Made by a program: the position numbers and the translations under genes
Notes under the pieces: model-generated
Seen by the model: the letters and a program-made list of their open reading frames with translations, nothing else
The model's database searches: none
Told to the model about the DNA's origin: nothing
Shown: piece by piece, positions 8,303 to 14,120 of the stretch
How positions within the stretch are numbered: position 1 is the stretch's first letter
Layout of the letters: each line of letters begins with the position of its first letter
Source: Archangiaceae bacterium
GTDB taxonomy: Bacteria; Myxococcota; Myxococcia; Myxococcales; Myxococcaceae
Reading direction: 5' to 3'
Length of the DNA: 14,120 nucleotides
Assembly (NCBI GenBank): GCA_043750125.1
Contig: JAYVCD010000043.1
Coordinates: forward strand, 1 to 14,120

Positions 8303-9367
8303 CTACACCTTCGTCAACCACCCATGGGTGTCGGGCCGGGTGCCGCGCTGAATGCCCGAGATCTCTTCGTACAGCCGCCCCGCCAGCGGGCCCACTTCGC
8401 CCTTGTTGATGGTCAGCTTCACCTTGCCCCCCAACGCCAGCTCGCCGACGGGCGAAATCACCGCCGCGGTGCCGCTGCCGAAGACTTCCTTCAACGCGCC
8501 ACTGCTGTGCGCCTTTTGCAGCTCGGTCACCGTCAGCTGGCGCTCGACCACCTTGACGCCTGCCTCTTTCGCCAGGGCGATCACGCAGTCCCGGGTGACT
8601 CCGGCGAGAATCGAGTCCGACAGCGGAGGAGTGACCAGCTCATCGCCCAGGTAGGCAAAGAGGTTCATCGTCCCGACCTCTTCGATCTGCTCGTGCTTGG
8701 CCGCGTCGAGCCACAGCACCTGGTCGTAACCTTCCTTCTTCGCATTCTGTGCCGCGAGGAGACTGGCTGCGTAGTTCGCCCCGGCCTTCACCGCACCCAG
8801 GCCTCCGTGGGCCGCCCGGGTCTGCTCGCGCTCGACCCAGATTCGCACCGGCTTCACTCCGCCTGCGTAGTAGGCGCCCACCGGCGAGGTGATGACGAAG
8901 AACAGGTATCGCGAGGCCGGTCGCACCCCCAGGTAACCTTCCGAGGCAATCAGCGTCGGACGAATGTAGAGGGCCGTGCCTGCTTCCGACGGGACCCAAC
9001 TCTGGTCCACCTTCACCAGCTGGGTGATCCACGCCTGCATCAACTTCGGATCCACCGACGGCATGCACAGCCGCGGCGCTCCGCGTTCCATTCGCAAGCA
9101 GTGGTGCGCAGGACGAAACAGATTCACCCCGCCATCCGCGGCGCGAAATGCCTTCATCCCCTCGAACATCGCCTGCCCGTAGTGGAAAACCCCGGCGGCG
9201 GGATCCATCGGGAGCGGCCCGTAAGGCTCGATTCTCGCGTCGTGCCACCCCGACTCGGGCGAGTACTCGGCAAGTACCATGTGATCGGCAAATACCCGGC
9301 CGAAACCAAGCTCGGCTTCCTTCGACTTCGAACGGGGAGAGGTAGTGGTCAGAACTGGCAGTGACAT
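8303..9367 (-). CDS. ilvE: Branched-chain amino acid aminotransferase (PLP fold IV), 354 aa
   Basis: SD GAAGGAG 5 nt before ATG 9367. Motifs LGFGRVFADHM, FHYGQAMFEGMKA, LYIRP, KAGANY (PLP Lys), EEVGTMN, ILAGVTR, FGSGTAAVISPVG. Confidence 0.96.
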   Translation of the reverse strand: MSLPVLTTTSPRSKSKEAELGFGRVFADHMVLAEYSPESGWHDARIEPYGPLPMDPAAGVFHYGQAMFEGMKAFRAADGGVNLFRPAHHCLRMERGAPRLCMPSVDPKLMQAWITQLVKVDQSWVPSEAGTALYIRPTLIASEGYLGVRPASRYLFFVITSPVGAYYAGGVKPVRIWVEREQTRAAHGGLGAVKAGANYAASLLAAQNAKKEGYDQVLWLDAAKHEQIEEVGTMNLFAYLGDELVTPPLSDSILAGVTRDCVIALAKEAGVKVVERQLTVTELQKAHSSGALKEVFGSGTAAVISPVGELALGGKVKLTINKGEVGPLAGRLYEEISGIQRGTRPDTHGWLTKV

Positions 9368-9481
9368 GGATGCTCCTTCTGATCGCTCTTCTAGCCGCAA
9401 AGCCGTGCCACCTCGCAACCGATTCGAGCAGCACAGCCCGCCCCCCGAAGCCTTTGAGCTCGCCTCACATCCTGGCCCTCG

Positions 9482-10077
9482 GGTTCGAGCCGGGCGGACC
9501 TCGCGTCGCGGGCAGGGAAAACAGGCGGGTTCAGTGTCTTTCGAAACAGATGCGTCTTTCAGAAAGTACGGACTCAGTGCGCTTTACCGAGGACGAACCA
9601 CCGACCTGCCGGACCCGAAGCTCTTCCTTGCGTGGGTCCGGGCGGCGAGGCGGTTCGTTTCAGTGACCTTGGCCCTTTGACCACACCCTGATGTGGCGGG
9701 AAGGACAAGGTCGCTCCCACGGCTTCGAACAGGCGCTTCGAACGGCCGCCTTCGAGCGCCGCCGCTGATCATCGGTGCGCCGAGACCCGCTGTTTCCTCG
9801 ACCTGGTGTGGCTCACCCCCACTGGTGTTGATTCACCCCCATCGTTCGACGGTGAGCCTCACCACTGGGGGTAACCCACACCACCTCGGCGGCAAAATGG
9901 CCGTTCGAAGCGCTTCCAGAGGTTGTGGGGGCAAGTTTCGTGAACCTTCTTTCACCCGTTCAATGCAAACGGGCTCTCACCTTCTTCGATCGCCCGGTCC
10001 GGGCTCGGACTTTCCGATGACCCGTTTGAAAAGGTGGGACTTCCCCGGGGGACACTCCCGCCGCCGAGCACCGAACC
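9482..10077 (+). ncRNA. Candidate large structured non-coding RNA or structured repeat element, family unknown, boundaries approximate
   Basis: Abutting hairpins at 9534-9553, 9591-9660, 9662-9715, 9716-9929 (rod including a perfect 15-bp IR), 9955-9973 and 9975-10039. Non-Watson-Crick positions within stems are mostly G-U on the + strand. No credible ORF. Confidence 0.5.
9733..9913. repeat. Perfect 15-bp inverted repeat enclosing four copies of an 18-19-nt unit
   Basis: GCGCTTCGAACGGCC (9733-9747) pairs with GGCCGTTCGAAGCGC (9899-9913). Units: TGGTGTGGCTCACCCCCA (9804-9821,+), TGGTGTTGATTCACCCCCA (9823-9841,+), TGGTGAGGCTCACCGTCG (9847-9864,-), TGGTGTGGGTTACCCCCA (9866-9883,-). Confidence 0.9.
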
Positions 10078-10089
10078 ATCGCCGACCCG

Positions 10090-11199
10090 CTAAATCGAGT
10101 CGCCGTCGGCGAGCGCGACTTCCGGGGTCGGCGCGGCAAGAATCTCCTCGACCCTGACGGTCGCAAGATCCGAAGTGAAAAGCTTCATCAGCGCCAGCAT
10201 CTCAGCTCGGCCCAGCGACTGGTTCACGCCCCCGGCCCGCGCGGGCTGCAGCCACTCGAGGGCAAGCGAATTGGCCAATCGCCAAGCGGCCTGGGGCTTC
10301 CCCGCCGCGTGCTCCACTCGGACCGCCACCGCCCTTCGTCGCACCGAGTGGGTCGCCTCGGTCACCAATGCGAGCAGCGCCATCCCCACCCTCGGAGCCC
10401 CCACGCAGGTGCGCTCGACCGCGTCGAGCAACAGCGACTGGGCGGACCGATTGAAGGCCCCCGACGAAACCGTCACCGGCTGTCCCAGCGCATTTCGGCA
10501 CAGCGCTTCGAGCACCGCGCGATGCACCCGCTGCACCGACGTGGTGCCCGCCCGCAGATCCGCGGCGAGGATCGCCAGCGCGCCCGAAGGGTCGATGCTG
10601 AACGCCCGCTGCGCCAGGCCCAACGCGTGGCCCTGCCCTTCCTTCACCCTATCGAGCCACGCCTTCACTTCTCCTGGCGTCGGCGGAGGGGCTTCGTCCT
10701 TTCCGTCCGCCTCCAGAACCAGCGCCTCCACTTCCGCCAACTGCTCGACGAACTGGGGCGAGTTGGTGCGGTTGACGATCACCGCGAGCAGTCCCCGCAG
10801 GGCCGCTCCGAAGGCGGTGCTCGCGTCATGACGGGTGGCGATCGTCTCGAAGTTGTTTCGTTCCTCTTCGAGCCGGTCGAGAAATTCGGTCGCGAACGGG
10901 CTGGGGCAGCTGTGGGCACAGAGCGCGACGTTCGCCAACAGCACCGCAGCCAGGGCCCGCCCCTTCGCCGGCTCAGACTCGATGAGCTTCATCAGCGGCT
11001 CGACGACGTGCGGCGCAATCGGAGCCAACAGCCCCCTCGAGACCAGATGATCTTCGAGCTGCTCGAACCCTTCTTCACGAATCAGCGGCAGCTCATCGGC
11101 GAGCGCGGCGAGCCATTCGGGCACGATGGTCGCATCGTTGCCCAGCGCGTCCTTGTGCGCGGCCCAATCGATGCTGAAGAGGTTGAACGGGAAGCCCAT
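10090..11199 (-). CDS. Hypothetical all-alpha protein with HEAT/ARM-like N-terminal region, 369 aa
   Basis: IDWAAHKDALGNDATIVPEWLAALA...REEGFEQLEDHLVSRG...PHVVEPLMKL resembles a degenerate DWxxLxHAYG/VPxLL/HQG HEAT-like family. Ala/Leu-rich helical composition. Start at 11199 follows a TACAAT box. Confidence 0.72.
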   Translation of the reverse strand: MGFPFNLFSIDWAAHKDALGNDATIVPEWLAALADELPLIREEGFEQLEDHLVSRGLLAPIAPHVVEPLMKLIESEPAKGRALAAVLLANVALCAHSCPSPFATEFLDRLEEERNNFETIATRHDASTAFGAALRGLLAVIVNRTNSPQFVEQLAEVEALVLEADGKDEAPPPTPGEVKAWLDRVKEGQGHALGLAQRAFSIDPSGALAILAADLRAGTTSVQRVHRAVLEALCRNALGQPVTVSSGAFNRSAQSLLLDAVERTCVGAPRVGMALLALVTEATHSVRRRAVAVRVEHAAGKPQAAWRLANSLALEWLQPARAGGVNQSLGRAEMLALMKLFTSDLATVRVEEILAAPTPEVALADGDSI

Positions 11200-11204
11200 A
11201 CAAA

Positions 11205-11210
11205 ATTGTA
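11205..11210 (-). promoter_or_regulatory. Putative sigma70-type -10 box (TACAAT) giving a leaderless transcript of the HEAT-like gene
   Basis: Minus strand reads TACAAT-TTTGT-ATG, with no SD sequence. Confidence 0.55.
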
Positions 11211-11225
11211 GGGCGCACTCTAACC

Positions 11226-11573
11226 GTGGGCGAGACTGACCGCGTGAGGCCAATTGCCAAGCGCGGCGTCGCAGCCAAAACCGGAAAGGGCAAAGCCCAG
11301 TCCAAGCGCATCGATGCCCTGCAATACCAGTTGATGTGCAAAGCCCTGCTGAAGGCCATTCCCCGGACCCAGGCCGGGGTGCGGTTCATGGACCTGTTCG
11401 ACACCATCGGCAGCGTTCGGCCGCGCGTGAGCCTGCCGGGTGGAGGAAGCCTGTCGTGGTATCTGACGACCGTGAAGCTCGACCTCGAGGCCCGCGGGTT
11501 GATCGAACGGGTGCCCCATTCAGTCCCGCAACGCCTGCGGCGTCCCCCCCGGGCGCGCAAGGAGCTGGCTTGA
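11226..11573 (+). CDS. Small basic conserved protein, DUF6958-like (probably winged-helix fold); exact start uncertain
   Basis: Recognisable motif GSLSWYLTTVKLDLEARGLIERVP..PQRLR, preceded by IDALQYQLMCKALL and a F..L helix. Family name recalled from memory, not from a search. Confidence 0.75.
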   Translation: MGETDRVRPIAKRGVAAKTGKGKAQSKRIDALQYQLMCKALLKAIPRTQAGVRFMDLFDTIGSVRPRVSLPGGGSLSWYLTTVKLDLEARGLIERVPHSVPQRLRRPPRARKELA

Positions 11574-13147
11574 TGAAGACCGCCACGTTCGTCGTTCTGT
11601 TTTCGCTTTCTGCGTTCGCAGCCGAGCGGAGGCCGGTGCTGGCCATCTTTCCTCCCTCGGCCGCCGACCCTGCGGCCAAAGAGCTCGCGCTGCTGATTCA
11701 GGCGCGCACCACTGCCGTCCTGGGAACCACCGACCGGTACTCGGAAGTGCACCTGAAGCAGATCCTGGCGATGGCCGCCCGCGAAGGGCTCGACATCGAA
11801 GCCCTGGACCCGAGGAATTCCGAGCGCGCCGCGAAGCTGCTCGGCGCTGAACGCATCGCGTGGGGGCAGCTGGAACGAAACGAAAAGGGCTTCAAGCTCA
11901 AAGCCGTCGTGACCGATTTGAAGAAGCTCACCCGCGTCGAAGTGCAGCTGGGCACGGACCTCGCGATCGCCGTCGAAGCGGCCGCGACCACGCTGTCTCA
12001 CGCGCTGCTGCGGCTGGAAGGGGTCTCGGGGTTCAAGACGCCTCCGGCGGTGTCGACCAAGTCGGCCCCCGCGATGCAGGCGTTTAGCCACTGCTACGCG
12101 ACGGTGGTGCGTCAGCCGATGGGAATCGAAAACCCCGCCACGCTCGATGGCCCCGAGCTCGAAGTCGCCGTCACCCAATGCAAAGAGGCGCTGATTGCAG
12201 ATCCGAAGTTTGCTCCTGCGGGTGCGGCCCTCGCTCTGGCGTACGCGATGTTGGGCAATGACGCCGAAGCGGTGAAGACCCTGGCCGAGCTCAAGGGCAC
12301 GGACCTCGACCAGCCGCTGTATTGGATCGCGCGATTCTGGGAAGTCACCCGCTACCAGAGCAACGACGCCGGCGAGGCGCTGCTGCGTGAGGCGATCGCC
12401 AAGCGCCCCGGCTTTCTGCTCGCGCGCAGCTACCTGGGCGAGCTGCTCGAGACTCTGGGTAAGCACGACAAGGCCGCGATCGCCTGGCAGGACTACGCCG
12501 CGATGGCCCCCGCGGATCCCTTCGTGCTGGGCCAGCTGGGGAAGTCCCTGGCACGCCTGGGAAAACACGACGAGGCGATTGCGTTGACCCAGAAGGCGCT
12601 CGACCTCGAGCCACGCAGTCGCGAGATGCGCCTGCAGCTGGCCAGCCGCTACATCGATGCGAACCGGGTGGATGAGGCCCTTCCGCTGCTGACCCCGATG
12701 TCCGAGGAAGCCGACGTACGGGGGGAAGTGCTGTTGCGATTGGGGTGGGCCTACTTCCTCAAAGGCTCGATGGAGCTGGCTGGCCCCTTGTTCGTCCGGG
12801 CGATTGCCCGCGCGAAGTCTCCGGGCGAATGGCGCACCCGAGGCCGGGCCCACTACGACCTGGCGCTGGTGCACGTGAAGAAAAATCCGGACCGAGCCGA
12901 AGCCGCGCTGAAGGCGTCGCTGCTCACCGGATTCAAGACCCGGGAGCTCGACCCGTCGCTGACGAAGATTGCCCAGAAGCTCGATCGGGCCGAATTGTCC
13001 CAGGCCGAGAAGAAGGGAGCGAAGAAGATCGCGACCGCGCCTGCGCCCCGGGAAGTGAGTCTCTTTCCGGTCAACAAATTCGGAGAGGTCGATGCAGCCG
13101 CGAGTAAGCCGAAGCCGCCCGAAGGCTTCCTGCTCGTTCACTTCTAG
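11573..13147 (+). CDS. Exported tetratricopeptide-repeat protein with N-terminal TolB-N/CsgG-like alpha/beta domain, 524 aa
   Basis: TGATG overlap with the upstream stop and SD AAGGAG. Signal peptide MKTATFVVLFSLSAFA; VLAIFPP...AAKLLGAERIAWGQL. TPR motifs such as LGKSLARLGKHDEAIALTQKALDLEP and LGWAYFLKG. Confidence 0.88.
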   Translation: MKTATFVVLFSLSAFAAERRPVLAIFPPSAADPAAKELALLIQARTTAVLGTTDRYSEVHLKQILAMAAREGLDIEALDPRNSERAAKLLGAERIAWGQLERNEKGFKLKAVVTDLKKLTRVEVQLGTDLAIAVEAAATTLSHALLRLEGVSGFKTPPAVSTKSAPAMQAFSHCYATVVRQPMGIENPATLDGPELEVAVTQCKEALIADPKFAPAGAALALAYAMLGNDAEAVKTLAELKGTDLDQPLYWIARFWEVTRYQSNDAGEALLREAIAKRPGFLLARSYLGELLETLGKHDKAAIAWQDYAAMAPADPFVLGQLGKSLARLGKHDEAIALTQKALDLEPRSREMRLQLASRYIDANRVDEALPLLTPMSEEADVRGEVLLRLGWAYFLKGSMELAGPLFVRAIARAKSPGEWRTRGRAHYDLALVHVKKNPDRAEAALKASLLTGFKTRELDPSLTKIAQKLDRAELSQAEKKGAKKIATAPAPREVSLFPVNKFGEVDAAASKPKPPEGFLLVHF

Positions 13148-13231
13148 TCGGACCCGTACCATCTCGCCTCGATTGTCGCGGACAGTCACAGCGCGCACCG
13201 CTGGGCGAGCCCGTCATGCCTTGAAGAGGTG

Positions 13232-13247
13232 TGGCCCTGCATTTGCT
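13232..13247 (+). promoter_or_regulatory. Putative sigma54 -24/-12 promoter of the BON lipoprotein gene
   Basis: TGGCCCT-GCAT-TTGCT with exact spacing; predicted +1 near 13258, about 30 nt before ATG 13289. Confidence 0.72.
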
Positions 13248-13288
13248 CCTGCAGACCGCAGACGTTCAAACGAAACCCAAGGTGCCCC

Positions 13289-13876
13289 ATGTTCCGAAAA
13301 GCGATCATCGCCATTGCTGCAAGTGGGCTTCTCGCCGCCTGCGCGCACAGCCAGGAAGTCGAGAACGAAAACATTGCACGTGAGCCGAGTGCCGCTGCTG
13401 CTTCGTCCGATTCGGTGCAAACCCGCCACGCTCTGGCGACTCGCCCGGTGAGCGCAGACGGGACGGAGCTCCACGCGCAAAACGGAAAGCCCGCGCCCAG
13501 GCTCGACCCGAAACGCGATGCCAAGACGGAACAGAAGACCGAAGAGAAGACCGAGCAGAAAGCCGAGCCCGACAACACCGCGGTGAACAAGCGGGACACC
13601 AAAGACAAGACCCTGACTCCGATGGACCAGGGCAACTCGGGCAACGATTTGAAGATCACTCAGGAAATTCGCAAGGCCGTGGTGGGGGCCGATGGGCTGT
13701 CATTCACCGCGAAGAACGTGAAGATCATCACCCGCGACGCCAACGTGACCCTGCGGGGGCCGGTGAAGACCTCGAGTGAGAAGCAGCGCATCGACGAGCT
13801 GGTGCGAGCGACGGCGGGCGTGGCCCGGGTCGACAACCAGCTGGAAGTGGAGTCGCCGAACCAGTCGTTGCGTTAG
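13289..13876 (+). CDS. BON-domain (OsmY-like) lipoprotein, 195 aa
   Basis: SD-like AAGGTG; lipoprotein signal MFRKAIIAIAASGLLAA-C. DNTAVNKRD...TPMDQ motif followed by BON domain DLKITQEIRKAV...VTLRGPV...GVARVDNQLEV. Confidence 0.92.
   Translation: MFRKAIIAIAASGLLAACAHSQEVENENIAREPSAAAASSDSVQTRHALATRPVSADGTELHAQNGKPAPRLDPKRDAKTEQKTEEKTEQKAEPDNTAVNKRDTKDKTLTPMDQGNSGNDLKITQEIRKAVVGADGLSFTAKNVKIITRDANVTLRGPVKTSSEKQRIDELVRATAGVARVDNQLEVESPNQSLR
13523..13570 (+). repeat. In-frame 12-bp tandem repeat (KTEQ KTEE KTEQ KAEP) in the BON linker
   Basis: aagacggaacag aagaccgaagag aagaccgagcag aaagccgagccc. Confidence 0.8.
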
Positions 13877-13884
13877 GAAAAGTA

Positions 13885-14066
13885 GGTACGAATTTTCGAG
13901 TGGGCCGTAGTGACGAGGGAGAAGGAACGACGCAAGACGAGGCACTGGGACGCATGAGCAGCAGAAAGTGCCGTTGGTAAGTCGAGCAGCAACGTCGGAC
14001 TCTTTTGGCGATCACTACGGCCCATTCGGAGCAGTGGGCTAGTACGACAGATCAGAAGTTCGTGCC
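13885..14066 (+). other. Structured non-coding element (nested inverted repeats) 3' of the BON gene
   Basis: Outer 12-bp stem 13885-13896/14055-14066 (3 G-U); 17-bp stem 13897-13913/14012-14028 (1 G-U); inner stems CGACG/CGTCG and GGCACT/AGTGCC. Confidence 0.65.
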
Positions 14067-14120
14067 CGGGAATGCGGGCCGTGGTTGACGGTTGAGAGCG
14101 CCGTGACCTCGTTACTTCCG

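Noticed and set aside
9397-9410. sigma54-like TGGCACG-GCT-TTGC upstream of ilvE (minus strand)
   Set aside because: Both boxes are perfect, but the spacer is 3 nt rather than the strictly required 4. It would count only if reads show a base missing from the AAA run at 9399-9401.
9436-9481. Minus-strand segment loosely resembling group II intron domain V/VI
   Set aside because: The lower stem and AGC/CGC triad geometry do not form, no compatible 5' GUGYG end was found on that strand, and no RT gene is present.
9368-9700. T-box riboswitch or Ile/Leu/Val leader-peptide attenuator for ilvE
   Set aside because: AGGTGGCACGGC deviates from the UGGNACC bulge, no terminator or antiterminator follows, no BCAA-rich leader peptide was found, and G-U pairs favour the opposite strand.
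9804-9883. Mini CRISPR array
   Set aside because: The units are nearly adjacent without unique spacers, half are inverted, and there are no cas genes.
9421-9990. Frequent TTCGA motifs suggesting tRNA T-loops
   Set aside because: No cloverleaf or acceptor stem could be built around any of them; several lie within longer helices.
10003-10017. GGAAAGTCCGAGC on the minus strand resembling the RNase P RNA P4 5' motif
   Set aside because: The preceding GA is missing and no matching 3' motif (ACAGAA-CCCGGCTTA-like) appears at a suitable distance.
9693-10157. ORFs in the structured gap (9345..9680, 9361..9666, 9693..10157, 9584..9772)
   Set aside because: Arg/Pro/Ser-rich translations with no domain resemblance and no convincing SD sequences; the sequence is better explained by base-pairing.
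1986-13198. Long antisense ORFs (1986..3485, 5267..7405, 7420..8238, 8324..9364, 10309..11211, 11093..13198)
   Set aside because: They mirror real genes on the opposite strand, as expected from high GC3 codon bias, and contain no recognisable motifs.
9424-13991. 10-mer TCGAGCAGCA shared between the ilvE-side gap (9424-9433) and the post-BON element (13982-13991)
   Set aside because: A single 10-nt match between regions of this size is plausible by chance, and no wider similarity is visible.

Overview
GC-rich bacterial chromosomal window; gene content and style suggest Myxococcota (inference). No integrase, transposase, CRISPR array, tRNA or rRNA was seen. Gene order: 5'-truncated Gly-linker/Cip1-like beta-sandwich protein (+); SRPBCC protein (+); hotdog-fold thioesterase (-); pntA-pntB transhydrogenase (+, pntA lacks a canonical in-frame start); small STAS-like protein (-); large-subunit catalase katE (+); FMN split-barrel general stress protein (+); ilvE (-); a ~720-bp non-coding gap; HEAT-like helical protein (-); DUF6958-like protein translationally coupled to a secreted TPR protein (+); BON lipoprotein (+). 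The most interesting signals are non-coding. (1) Four sigma54-type -24/-12 promoters precede the STAS, katE, stress-protein and BON genes. Three predict near-leaderless mRNAs, and a shared quasi-palindrome lies about 85 bp upstream, suggesting a sigma54/enhancer-driven general stress regulon. (2) A ~600-nt run of abutting hairpins with G-U pairs favouring the + strand (9482-10077) is a candidate large structured ncRNA. (3) A second ~180-nt structured element follows the BON gene. All folding and motif calls were made by eye and need computational checking.
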